Shown piece by piece: positions 45,458-54,112 of a DNA stretch of 64,000 nucleotides. Both the position numbers and the translations under genes were made by a program. The notes below the pieces were generated by a model that saw only the letters and a list, made by a program, of their open reading frames with translations, was not told where the DNA came from and searched no databases. Source of the stretch: Deltaproteobacteria bacterium (GTDB lineage: Bacteria > Chloroflexota > Dehalococcoidia > Dehalococcoidales > BS750m-G39); NCBI GenBank assembly GCA_030603275.1, contig JAUVYB010000007.1, positions 2,264 through 66,263 of the forward strand, given 5' to 3'. How positions within the stretch are numbered: position 1 is the stretch's first letter; every line of letters starts with the position of its first letter.

Positions 45458-46339
45458 ATGGCAAACGTAATCGACGAGGCGGCGCAGGAGCTTAAAGAGA
45501 TGAACGAAGTCTCGGATGATATAAGAGAGAGGCTTAGTCTGATTATTGAGGAAGAGGGGAACAGGATGAGGAAGGAGGCGGACCGAAAATCGGCTCATAT
45601 TATTGCTGGAGCTCGGGATGAGTACAGACAGCGTTTAATCAATGCCCTGGCACAGGAGCGGGAAAAAATCAGGAAGGAGGCGGAACGAGAGTCGGAAGTA
45701 ATTATCGCCAAGGCCAGGGAGGAGGGGGAAAACCTGATTACCGAGGCCAGGACAGAGGCTCAACTTCAGTCGGAACAGATTATCGCTGAGGTAAGAAGTC
45801 AGGCTGAGCAAGAGGCAGAAAGGTACATCGGCGAGACCAAGGAGAAGACTAAAGAGGTGGTTGCCGAGTTCGAGGGTACGATTAGGAAACAGACTGAGCA
45901 GAAAGCAGATGAGATTATTGCCGGGGCGAAGGAGATGAGCGCGCAGATTATCGCCGAGGCTACGGAGAAAGCCAAGAAGCAGGCCGAGCAGGAAAAGCAA
46001 CGGGAGACGAAGCTCCTTATTGATCGTGTCAGGGAGGAATCGGCCGATATCCTCGAAAAGGCCAGGCGGCAGGCGGAAAAAGAAGCCGGCCAGGTATTGG
46101 CTGATGCCCAAAGGGAGGCCGAGGAAAAGGCAAACAGGATTATAGGTGACGCTAAAAAGTCAGCCAAACAGGTTGCCAGCGAAGCCAGGGAGAGCGGGAA
46201 ATCTAAGGCAGAAGAAGAGCTGGCCAAGAAAATGGCTGAGGCCAAGCGCGAGTCAGAATGGGAAGCGGCTCAGATTATTTCGGCGGCTAGACGGCAGGCA
46301 GAGCAAATCGCCCGCGAAGCCAAGAAGCAGCAGAAATAA
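45458..46339 (+). CDS. Coiled-coil repeat protein with iterated 'IIA.A..EAE' units (ATP-synthase-b/V-ATPase-E-like helices)
   Basis: ATG 45458 after AAAAGGAAG: MANVIDEAAQELKEMNEV.... About 10 repeats such as HIIAGARDEY, VIIAKAREEGE, QIIAEVRSQAEQEAE, EIIAGAKEMSAQIIAEATEKAKK, RIIGDAKKSAKQ, QIISAARRQAEQIAREAKK. The track start at 45329 overlaps the HTH gene. Confidence 0.65.
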   Translation: MANVIDEAAQELKEMNEVSDDIRERLSLIIEEEGNRMRKEADRKSAHIIAGARDEYRQRLINALAQEREKIRKEAERESEVIIAKAREEGENLITEARTEAQLQSEQIIAEVRSQAEQEAERYIGETKEKTKEVVAEFEGTIRKQTEQKADEIIAGAKEMSAQIIAEATEKAKKQAEQEKQRETKLLIDRVREESADILEKARRQAEKEAGQVLADAQREAEEKANRIIGDAKKSAKQVASEARESGKSKAEEELAKKMAEAKRESEWEAAQIISAARRQAEQIAREAKKQQK

Positions 46340-46377
46340 CCGGCTTAAGATTATTTAAAGATATTTTTTTAAAGATT

Positions 46378-46410
46378 GAGAGGGGACCTCAGGTCCCCTC
46401 TCTTATTTTA
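46378..46410. terminator. Bidirectional intrinsic terminator between convergent genes
   Basis: GAGAGGGGACC-tca-GGTCCCCTCTC flanked by A/T runs on both sides (tttttttaaagatt ... ttatttta). Confidence 0.75.
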
Positions 46411-46414
46411 TTGT

Positions 46415-48091
46415 TTAGTAATAGTCTCCGCCGCCGCCCCGCCGGCCGAGCCAGAACCCGACGAAGAAGAGCACCAGCGCCCCCACCCCGATCAGCAGAT
46501 ATAGCAGCCAGCCGCCTATATCGGGGAAGTTAAAGATGAAGCCGACGGTGAATATGCCGGCGCCGGTCCACCCGCTGGCATTGGAGGCGGCATCTACCGC
46601 CCTTATCCGCCAGTAGTAAGGGGCTTCTGCATTGGCTGACTCCAGCGCCTCCTCTTCGGTGAGGGTATATTCCGAGGTAGTTAGCCCCGTCTTATTTACC
46701 AGTATACTTGCACTGGTGAAGGTCTCATCGGTGGCTATCTGGAGGTCATAGGTTATGGGCAGGCTCTCCTCGACGACGCCGTCCGGACTGGCGGTGACGT
46801 CCTCCCAGTCAAAGTATGCCAGTGATTTTGCCTTGTCGTTCATGTAGGGCAGCAGGGGTTGCGGTATCGCCGGGGACGTTGACTCCATGAAAAAGGTGAC
46901 CGATATACTGCTGGTGCCGTCACTGGCGGTTATGATGTGCTCCCCGGCTTGGCTGGGGGGAACTTCGAAGGTCAAGGAGAAGCTGCCGTCAGATTCGCTG
47001 GTTGTGTAAAACACCACCGGGTCGGAGGTATAGGTGATGGTTATCTCACTGCTGGGTTTGAAGCCGGTGCCGCTGATGGTCAGCGAATCGCCCACAGCAC
47101 CGGGCGAGCTCACGCTGGTGGTCGGGCTGATGCTGACATCGGTGCTTATGGTGAAGGTAGCTTTGGCCGAGTTATTATCATCGTCCTCAGCCTCAACATC
47201 ATATTCTCCGGCGGCCACCTCGGGCACGTTAACATAGGTCTCAAAGCTGCCGTTAGTATCAGTCCTATCCCCTCCCACCTCCTCGCCGTCAAAGGTGATG
47301 CTAAAATCCTCCATGCGGGCAAAGCCGGTGCCGCTGACCAGTATCCTGTCGTCCACCGCTCCATCTGCGGGGTCAATCTCTATAGCTGGCTCCACGGTGA
47401 ACTCGGCCTCGGCCTCGTCATTGTCAACCTCAACGGTTATAGTGTGGTCGCCGGCGGTAGTTTCGGGAACGAGAAAATAGCTGGTAAATTCGCCGTCATT
47501 ATCGGTTTCATCATTGCCCTCTATATCATCGGTCATATCGGTGGAGCCGAATTTTATCTCAATGTCTTCGTTGCCCTCAAAGCCGGAGCCGTTAACCGTG
47601 ACCCTGGTGCCCACCGGCCCCTCGTCGGGGCTGATGGAGAGGCCGATAACGCTGAATTCATCTTTGGCTACTATCTCACCGCCATCGTTGTCATAAGTAG
47701 CATAGACATAGTACTGGCCGCCGGTGACATCTATTTCTTCATCGCCGTCATCAAGTTCCTCGGGTACATCAAAAAAGGCCCAAAAATAACCCTCGGGGGG
47801 GTCGAGGCTACCGGTATCGCCAGCGTAGGGCGCAACCACTCTTTTGTAGGAATCAAGGTCATCAACGTCATCGCCTTCATCGGCTTCCTCGTTGGAGAAG
47901 TAGATATAAACTCTTTCACCGGGCTCGAAATTCCTGCCCTCAACCTCAACCTCATCGCCAATTTCACCGCTGGTGGGGGTAACCGAAATACTTCCCGCCG
48001 CCAGTGCCGGTGTGACCGGTATGATTGCTATTAACATAGCCAGGATAATTGCCGTCGCCAGAATTCTTAAAGATCTGTTACCTTTCACCAT
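46415..48091 (-). CDS. Acidic cell-surface protein: signal peptide, four IPT/TIG-like repeats, FN3-like domain, C-terminal TM anchor
   Basis: 558 aa. Repeats ISVTPTSGEIGDEVEVEGRNFEPGE, LSISPDEGPVGTRVTVNGSGFEGNE, IEIDPADGAVDDRILVSGTGFARME, VSISPTTSVSSPGAVGDSLTISGTGFKPSS. YYWRIRAVDAASNASGW is FN3-like. C-terminal helix WLLYLLIGVGALVLFFVGFWL then RRGGGGDYY. Confidence 0.75.
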   Translation of the reverse strand: MVKGNRSLRILATAIILAMLIAIIPVTPALAAGSISVTPTSGEIGDEVEVEGRNFEPGERVYIYFSNEEADEGDDVDDLDSYKRVVAPYAGDTGSLDPPEGYFWAFFDVPEELDDGDEEIDVTGGQYYVYATYDNDGGEIVAKDEFSVIGLSISPDEGPVGTRVTVNGSGFEGNEDIEIKFGSTDMTDDIEGNDETDNDGEFTSYFLVPETTAGDHTITVEVDNDEAEAEFTVEPAIEIDPADGAVDDRILVSGTGFARMEDFSITFDGEEVGGDRTDTNGSFETYVNVPEVAAGEYDVEAEDDDNNSAKATFTISTDVSISPTTSVSSPGAVGDSLTISGTGFKPSSEITITYTSDPVVFYTTSESDGSFSLTFEVPPSQAGEHIITASDGTSSISVTFFMESTSPAIPQPLLPYMNDKAKSLAYFDWEDVTASPDGVVEESLPITYDLQIATDETFTSASILVNKTGLTTSEYTLTEEEALESANAEAPYYWRIRAVDAASNASGWTGAGIFTVGFIFNFPDIGGWLLYLLIGVGALVLFFVGFWLGRRGGGGDYY

Positions 48092-48279
48092 CTACCTCCA
48101 TCAACATCATTTTTAAAACTGCCTATGGGTTTGCCCAATATTTATAACGAATATAACGGGAAAAAGTTATTAATTTGTTAAGAAATCCCATAGTATTTTC
48201 GCCAAATCGCGAACCTGCCTAAATAATAAACTATAGCGAGATACCGTGTCAATGGTACTTAAAGGGCGACAAAATACCG

Positions 48280-48308
48280 TTGACCTATTAGAACAAGTGT
48301 GCTAATAT
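48280..48308 (+). promoter_or_regulatory. Near-consensus sigma70 promoter (TTGACC, 17 nt, TAATAT) heading the phage-like module
   Basis: TTGACC at 48280-48285 and TAATAT at 48303-48308, in an AT-rich 240-nt divergent intergenic region. Confidence 0.6.
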
Positions 48309-48338
48309 CTCATCACACGGCGTTTTAGGATTTTGGAT

Positions 48339-48653
48339 ATGTATTTTGACGACTTTGAATTGGATTTGCCGCCGGAGTTTTGCCACTACCAGGATAATGG
48401 ATGCGAGTTTGCCGATTCCTGCCTTAACTGCCCTTTTCCCGAATGCCTCTATGCCGAGCCGGGGGGCAAGCAGCGCTGGCTGAAGTGTTTGAGAGGTGAG
48501 GCTGTTTTAAGGCTTTTTACCAGCCGGGGTAAAACAGTGAAGGATTTGGCCCTTATGTTCGGCGTCAGCCGGCGCACCATCCAGCGAATACTAAAGCAGG
48601 CTAAAGACGTGTCTACTCCAAATTCAAGATTTCAAAGGGGGGCTGATGGATAA
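48339..48653 (+). CDS. Cys-rich N-terminal / C-terminal HTH small protein (regulator or small-terminase-like)
   Basis: MYFDDFELDLPPEFCHYQDNGCEFADSCLNCPFPECLY...GVSRRTIQRILKQAK. Five Cys in 22 residues, then a resolvase/sigma-r4-like HTH. Its stop overlaps the portal ATG (48646). ATG 48339 preferred over TTG 48333. Confidence 0.6.
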   Translation: MYFDDFELDLPPEFCHYQDNGCEFADSCLNCPFPECLYAEPGGKQRWLKCLRGEAVLRLFTSRGKTVKDLALMFGVSRRTIQRILKQAKDVSTPNSRFQRGADG

Positions 48654-50082
48654 GAATTCTATTGTCTCACAGTTGAAGCGCCAGGATATTGACCGGCTCC
48701 GGGGATACCGGCAGCGGCTGGATTTCTACCACGGACGGCAGTGGGAGGGGAGAGAGAGGTGGGGGGAGAAAAGATTAACCTTTAACTATGCCAGGGTCTT
48801 TATCGATAAGGTTACCTCTTACCTGATGTCCGGGGTTAGCTTTGCCGTGGACGCTGTAGAAGATTCGGCGGAGGCGGAAATAAAAGCCCGGAGGGCCGAA
48901 GCCGCCCTGCACCAGGTCTATGAGGAAAACAACCTGGAGCAGCTGGACCTGGAGACCGAGATTGACTGCGCCGTCCTGGGCGACGCCGGCTACAAGGTTA
49001 CCTGGGATACCGAGGCCAAGAGGGTGAGGGTTACCGCCCCCGATATCCAGGGGATATATGCCTGGTGGCTGGGGGATGATACCTCAAGGGTATGGCGGGT
49101 GGCCTCCAAATATAGCCTGACCGCCGAAGAGAGCCAGTTACTCTACGGGGTGAAGCCCAGGGGTAAAACGGCGACCGTTGCCGAGATGTGGAGCGACGGG
49201 GAGTTTGAGCTTTACCTGGATGACGCCCTCATCGAAAGCAAGCCCAACCCCTACGGCTTTATCCCCTTTATTATCTACCCCAACCTGAGGGAGCCGAAGC
49301 AGTTCTGGGGTATGTCCGATTTATCTACGATTATGGAGTCTCAGCAGGAGCTTAACCGGGCGATGTCGCAGCTATCAAGAATATTAGAGCTTTCGGGCAA
49401 CCCCATCGCCGTGCTGGAGAACGTGGAGGAGGCCGAGGATATCGCCGTTAAACCGGGGGCGGTCTGGAATGTACCCGAGGACGCCAAGGCATATTTGCTC
49501 GATTTATTGCAGGGGGGTGGGGTAAGGCTTCACATAGATTATATCAACCTGCTCTATAGAATCCTGCACGATATTTCCGAGTCTCCCCGGGCCGCTTTCG
49601 GCGGCACCGAGCGGGACCTGTCCGGGGTAGCCCTTGAGATTGAGCTTAACCCGCTGCTGCACAAGGTGAGGCGAAAGCGGATTATCCGCACCGCCGCCTA
49701 TAACCGGAGAAACCGGATGGTTCTGAGGCTGCTGGAGAAGTACCAGGGAATGGATTTCGGCAAAAACCGCCTGCGGGTAATCTGGAGCCCGGTACTGCCC
49801 CAGGATATAGCCCGCATGGTTTCCAACGAGCAGACTCTTGTCCAGAGCGGGATTCACTCGCGGCGGGGAGCCATGGAGGAGATGGGCATCAAGGACCCGG
49901 AGAGCGAGTTCAAGCGGTGGTTGGAGGAGAGGGAGACTATTTTAAAGATGAATAAAACGAATAATTCACCCAGAAAAATCGGAGATTTTTCCGGGAACCC
50001 GAATAACGCCAGGTCTACCAGAGGCGGAGAGGGAGAGAGAGCTCCAGCCGGGGAGACAGGCGCTAGCGAATCTCCATCTTAA
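48646..50082 (+). CDS. Phage portal protein (SPP1 gp6-like family)
   Basis: 478 aa. FYHGRQW, NYARVFIDKVTSYL, GFIPFIIYPN, GMSDL..I...QQELNRAMSQLSRILELSGNPI, PGAVWNVP, SGVALEIELNPLLHKVRRKR match portal family patterns from memory. Confidence 0.7.
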   Translation: MDKNSIVSQLKRQDIDRLRGYRQRLDFYHGRQWEGRERWGEKRLTFNYARVFIDKVTSYLMSGVSFAVDAVEDSAEAEIKARRAEAALHQVYEENNLEQLDLETEIDCAVLGDAGYKVTWDTEAKRVRVTAPDIQGIYAWWLGDDTSRVWRVASKYSLTAEESQLLYGVKPRGKTATVAEMWSDGEFELYLDDALIESKPNPYGFIPFIIYPNLREPKQFWGMSDLSTIMESQQELNRAMSQLSRILELSGNPIAVLENVEEAEDIAVKPGAVWNVPEDAKAYLLDLLQGGGVRLHIDYINLLYRILHDISESPRAAFGGTERDLSGVALEIELNPLLHKVRRKRIIRTAAYNRRNRMVLRLLEKYQGMDFGKNRLRVIWSPVLPQDIARMVSNEQTLVQSGIHSRRGAMEEMGIKDPESEFKRWLEERETILKMNKTNNSPRKIGDFSGNPNNARSTRGGEGERAPAGETGASESPS

Positions 50083-50091
50083 GGAGGAAAA

Positions 50092-50571
50092 ATGGCAAAA
50101 AACGATAACCAAAACCAGGAGAAAGAGCCCGACGGGGGGGAGCTGGATAGCTCCCGGGTTGCCGAGCTGGAGGTGGGGCTGGCGGAGAAGAATTCCCGCC
50201 TATCCGAGCTGGAGCAGGCTTTAGCCGAGAGGGATGACCGGATTGCCGACTTAAAGCAGTCGCTGGCCGAGCTGGAGACACAATTGACCGAACTCGCGGA
50301 TGGCCGGTCTCAGGCGATGGCCAGCTACCGGGAGCTGGTGGTCAGGTCAAATCCCGGCCTGCCCGAGGAGCTGATAACCGGCGACAGCGTTGAGGAGATT
50401 GACAGGTCCCTGGCCGGCGCTCAAGCCCTTATCGACCGGGTGAGGCAGCGGCTGGAGACCGAAATCGCCGGGGCCAGGATACCGGCGGGGTCGCCGTTAC
50501 GGACGGCGGCCGACCTTTCCGCCCTGTCCCCGCAGGAGAAGATTCAATATGCAATGGGAGAAAGGAGATAG
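50092..50571 (+). CDS. Acidic coiled-coil protein in the scaffolding-protein position
   Basis: 159 aa. LSELEQALAERDDRIADLKQSLAELETQLTEL. It lies between the portal and capsid genes. Confidence 0.45.
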   Translation: MAKNDNQNQEKEPDGGELDSSRVAELEVGLAEKNSRLSELEQALAERDDRIADLKQSLAELETQLTELADGRSQAMASYRELVVRSNPGLPEELITGDSVEEIDRSLAGAQALIDRVRQRLETEIAGARIPAGSPLRTAADLSALSPQEKIQYAMGERR

Positions 50572-50574
50572 AAA

Positions 50575-51495
50575 ATGGCTTTAACATTGGATGAGGCAGC
50601 CAAGCTGTCCAACGATATGCTGCTCCAGGGGGTGGTGGAGACCATCGTCAAGGACTCGCCCGTCCTGCAGCAGATGCCCTTCATCGAGATGGTGGGCAAC
50701 GTCCTGACCTACAACCAGGAAAAGACCCTGCCCACCATCGACTTCTACGACGTCGGCGACTCCTGGTCAGAGTCCACGCCGACCTTCGAGCAGAAAATAG
50801 CCACCCTGAAGATTATGGGCGGCGACGCCGACGTTGATAACTTCCTCAAGGCGACCCGCAGCAACATCCAGGATTTAGAGGCGGCCGTGGTCGAGCTTAA
50901 GGCCAAGGCGCTCCGGGACAAGTTCGAGGAGACCTTTGTCTACGGCGATACCTCGGTCAACGCCAAGCAGTTCGACGGGCTGAGGAAACTGATTGACACC
51001 GGCACCGCCGGCGACCAGGTAATCGCTATGGGCGCCACCGGCGCCACCCTGACACTGGGCAAGCTGGACGAGCTTATCGACGCGGTCAAGGGCGGCAAGC
51101 CCGATGTGCTGCTGATGAGCCGCCGCTCCCGGCGCAAGATTAACGCCCTGGTCAGGGCCGCCGGCGGCATGATTGAGACCGATAGAGACCGCTGGGGCAA
51201 CTTCGTCCAGCTCTGGGATGGCATCCCCATCGGCGTCAACGATTGGATACTGGATACCCATACTTTAAGCGGTGGGGTGGAGACAGCCATCACCGGTGAC
51301 ACCTGCTCCACCATCTACGCTTTCCAGATGGGGGAGGGGGCGCTCTGCGGCCTGACCGGCCCCGGGCACCTCACCGTTGAGCCCATCGGCTCGCTGGAGA
51401 CCAAGGACGCATCACGGACCCGCATTAAGTGGTACTGCTCGCTGGCCCTGTTCAGCTCAATCAAGTCGGCCGCTTTAATCGGGGTCAAGGACTAA
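50575..51495 (+). CDS. Major capsid protein (HK97-fold family)
   Basis: 306 aa. MALTLDEAAKLSNDMLLQGVVETI..., QFDGLRKLI, LTLGKLDELIDAVKGGKPDVLLMS are typical capsid-family blocks. A G-rich hairpin follows it (about 51511-51538). Confidence 0.65.
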   Translation: MALTLDEAAKLSNDMLLQGVVETIVKDSPVLQQMPFIEMVGNVLTYNQEKTLPTIDFYDVGDSWSESTPTFEQKIATLKIMGGDADVDNFLKATRSNIQDLEAAVVELKAKALRDKFEETFVYGDTSVNAKQFDGLRKLIDTGTAGDQVIAMGATGATLTLGKLDELIDAVKGGKPDVLLMSRRSRRKINALVRAAGGMIETDRDRWGNFVQLWDGIPIGVNDWILDTHTLSGGVETAITGDTCSTIYAFQMGEGALCGLTGPGHLTVEPIGSLETKDASRTRIKWYCSLALFSSIKSAALIGVKD

Positions 51496-51550
51496 CTTAA
51501 GCTAATTTCGGGGGGGCCTTTTAGCGGGCTCCCCCCAACGGGAGGAGAAA

Positions 51551-52057
51551 ATGAAAAATAAAGACACAGCGCAATGGCTCTGCCGCTACCGGCTCAGTAA
51601 ATACCGCCAGGACATTACGCCCTACCGGGGTTCTGAAGCGGCCTTCCATGAGCGCTTCCAGCCCTATGAGGTGATAGAGGGCGAGGGCAACTGCCTGCTT
51701 AATACCGGTATCGACGAGATGTGGGACCTGATTATCGGCGGTTCGGCCAATCACTTCGACAGCACCTATGCCCAGGTGGGCGTGGGTGATTCCACCACCG
51801 CCGCCAACGCCACCCAGACCGACCTCCAGGCGGCCACCAACAAGACCTACAAGGGCATGGAGAGCGGCTACCCCACCTCGACCGACCAGAAGACGACCCT
51901 TAAAGCCAGCTTCGGGGACGCTGAGGCTAACTACGCCTGGAACGAGTGGGTGGTAAAGCAGTCGTCCAGCGGCAAGTGCCTTAACCGCAAGGTTGAGTCC
52001 CTGGGCACCAAGTCCAGCGGCACCTGGACACTGGAAGTAAGCATAACCTTGAGCTGA
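51551..52057 (+). CDS. Hypothetical phage-module protein (168 aa)
   Basis: SD GGGAGGAG. GNCLLNTGIDEMWDLIIGGS...AQVGVGDSTTAANATQTDLQA; function not recognised. Its position suggests a capsid-associated or structural role. Confidence 0.55.
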   Translation: MKNKDTAQWLCRYRLSKYRQDITPYRGSEAAFHERFQPYEVIEGEGNCLLNTGIDEMWDLIIGGSANHFDSTYAQVGVGDSTTAANATQTDLQAATNKTYKGMESGYPTSTDQKTTLKASFGDAEANYAWNEWVVKQSSSGKCLNRKVESLGTKSSGTWTLEVSITLS

Positions 52058-52109
52058 TAGCACCGGCAGGCGATGAGGGATACTGTGGTCAGTTATTGGA
52101 GGGATAGAA

Positions 52110-52622
52110 ATGCCAACAGTAGTACCAGTAGCATTCAACGACTCTGGCACACATACTAAAAACGGCTGGCTCAAGGTGAGGTTTGATTTGTGCTGTGGTC
52201 AGGGGAGTAAGACACACCCTCTCCACTATGTTGACCACTTTGACCGGGAGCCGACAGAGGAAGAATCAGCCGATGAAGCTCGGCTGGCTCTAATTCCAAC
52301 TCACAAAGAGCTTAACCCCTGCCTCTGCCACTTTATCACCATTGACCCTGAGACTACCAGAGAGGAACTGGAGGCTAAGGTCAGGGAGGTTTTTGATGCT
52401 GACACCTTGAGCCAGCTTGATAACCTGCTTTCAGACGTGGAGTGGCTGGATGCTACCAGATGGCGGGTCAAAGAAACCAGCTTGAGGCAGGCTGTTCAAC
52501 TAATGAATACCAGCGCCAAACGTGGGAGCGGCGGGATAATCCCATACTCCACCGACACCAAACAGCTTATTGAGGAAATCAACGCCCGTTTTGCTGGTAT
52601 GGAGGTTGAAGTTGGCAATTGA
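52110..52622 (+). CDS. Hypothetical protein (170 aa), lower-GC insert inside the module
   Basis: SD GGAGGG. No motif recognised. Composition is visibly more AT-rich than the flanking module genes. Confidence 0.5.
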   Translation: MPTVVPVAFNDSGTHTKNGWLKVRFDLCCGQGSKTHPLHYVDHFDREPTEEESADEARLALIPTHKELNPCLCHFITIDPETTREELEAKVREVFDADTLSQLDNLLSDVEWLDATRWRVKETSLRQAVQLMNTSAKRGSGGIIPYSTDTKQLIEEINARFAGMEVEVGN

Positions 52623-53508
52623 TATTGGAGCTGATGCGATCAATAGAAGCGGGAATTCTGTATACTCTACGATTGTGGAGGGGTCAAATCCAGCCAACGC
52701 AGATGGGACGATTGACACTGTCCAGATTTATGCCAATCAAAATATGTCCACCTGCGAGGCAGCCACGTTTTATGTCGTTAGTGGTAACAACCTCTCTACC
52801 AGGGACTATGAGACCCTTGGGGCGGTAACGGCAGGGAGCACACAGACTTTCTCTGGTTTGGATATAGACGTCCTGACCGGGGATTATATCGGGGAGTATC
52901 ATCCCGACGGAAGTATTGACCACGCACTATCAGGCGGTGCCGGGTACTGGCGTGCTTATAACTTGGATAAGATACCCTGCACCAATGAGGCGTTTACCTG
53001 GTGTTCTGGCCGTGTTGTCAGTCTCTATGGGACGGGGACGGAGGGGAGTGGGGCTACCGAGAAGACTGGCTCTGATACCGGAACCGGCGCCGATGCCAAG
53101 GTATCGGGAAATCCGTCAGCCGCTATCAGTGGCGGTGAGACCGGCAGCGGCGCCGATTCTTTACCGGCCAGGGAAATTGCCCTGCCTGATACCGGCTCCG
53201 GTGCTGACGCCCTGGTTTCCTTGCAGACGCCGGCGGCCAAGACCTCGTCCGACGGCGGTTCCGGAACGGAGGCTGTACCGATACCTAGCGCTTTCCTGGC
53301 GGGCTATGAGAGTGGCATCGGCATAGAGGCCTTTATTGCCCGGCTGCTGGCCGTCACCGAGGCTGGCTCCGGCGCTGAGGCCAGTGAAATCGGGGGCGGG
53401 GGTCTGCTCAAACACCTGTTTGCCAGCGAGCTGGGGGAAGGCGCCGACGGACTGACCGCCAAGATTGAAATGTCGACCAAGGGGGGAGGTATGAGACTAT
53501 GGACTTAA
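52612..53508 (+). CDS. Hypothetical structural protein with C-terminal iterated G-S-G-A-(D/E) motifs
   Basis: Start tentatively TTG 52612, six nt after GGAGG (the track frame opens at 52570). The C-terminal half carries EGSGATE, TGTGADA, TGSGADS, TGSGADA, GGSGTEA, AGSGAEA, LGEGADG. Confidence 0.5.
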   Translation: MAIDIGADAINRSGNSVYSTIVEGSNPANADGTIDTVQIYANQNMSTCEAATFYVVSGNNLSTRDYETLGAVTAGSTQTFSGLDIDVLTGDYIGEYHPDGSIDHALSGGAGYWRAYNLDKIPCTNEAFTWCSGRVVSLYGTGTEGSGATEKTGSDTGTGADAKVSGNPSAAISGGETGSGADSLPAREIALPDTGSGADALVSLQTPAAKTSSDGGSGTEAVPIPSAFLAGYESGIGIEAFIARLLAVTEAGSGAEASEIGGGGLLKHLFASELGEGADGLTAKIEMSTKGGGMRLWT

Positions 53509-54092
53509 GCACGATGAGAACTATTGTCAGGCGAGATTTGAAGGACGAAGACGCGCAGAACTATCGCTGGAGCGATGACGAGATGGACCGGCACATCGCC
53601 CGCGCCGTAAGGGAGTTTTCCGAGGCGGTGCCCTTTCCGGCCAAGGCTACCCTGCCCACCACCGCCGACTCCAGGGTAATTGATATCTCTCCGCTGACCG
53701 ACCGGGTTATGGTGGAGGCGGTGGAGTATCCCCTGGGCATCTTCCCGCCCTGCTACCAGAGGTTTGCCCTGTGGGGGCATGCCCTGACCCTGTTCGGGGA
53801 GGAGGAACCCGATGGTTCCGACTGCAACGTCTATTACGGCATGCTCCACACCCTTGACGGGCAGGGGTCATCAATACCCAGCAAGCATGAGGACCTGATT
53901 GCTACCGGCGCCGAGGGCTATGCCGCCGTTGAGTGGGCGAGCTACGCCATCAACCGGGTGAGCCTGGGCGGTACCACCACTCCCGGGGAGTTTCTGGCCT
54001 GGGGCGATGAGAGATTAAAGCAGTTCCGCAGCGAGCTGAGGCGGCTGGGGAGAAGGAACCAGGTAAGAATCCGCCAGCTCTACCGCCGGTAA
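53499..54092 (+). CDS. Hypothetical protein in the head-completion/adaptor position (197 aa)
   Basis: Its ATG overlaps the previous gene by 10 nt. MDLSTMRTIVRRDLKDEDAQNYRWSDDEMDRHIARAVREFS. Confidence 0.5.
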   Translation: MDLSTMRTIVRRDLKDEDAQNYRWSDDEMDRHIARAVREFSEAVPFPAKATLPTTADSRVIDISPLTDRVMVEAVEYPLGIFPPCYQRFALWGHALTLFGEEEPDGSDCNVYYGMLHTLDGQGSSIPSKHEDLIATGAEGYAAVEWASYAINRVSLGGTTTPGEFLAWGDERLKQFRSELRRLGRRNQVRIRQLYRR

Positions 54093-54112
54093 AAGAGATT
54101 AAGGAGGCTAAA

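Noticed and set aside
46937-48034. 365-aa plus-strand ORF opposite the IPT/TIG surface-protein gene
   Set aside because: It is an antisense shadow frame with a G/A/I-rich low-complexity product and no SD. The minus-strand protein has a signal peptide, repeated domains and a TM anchor.
50575-51495. HK97-fold protein as an encapsulin shell rather than a phage capsid, since no terminase is present
   Set aside because: A portal gene and a scaffold-like gene directly precede it, and adaptor- and hub-like genes follow. No cargo-type gene with a targeting peptide is adjacent. The N-terminus does not look like family-1 encapsulins as I remember them.
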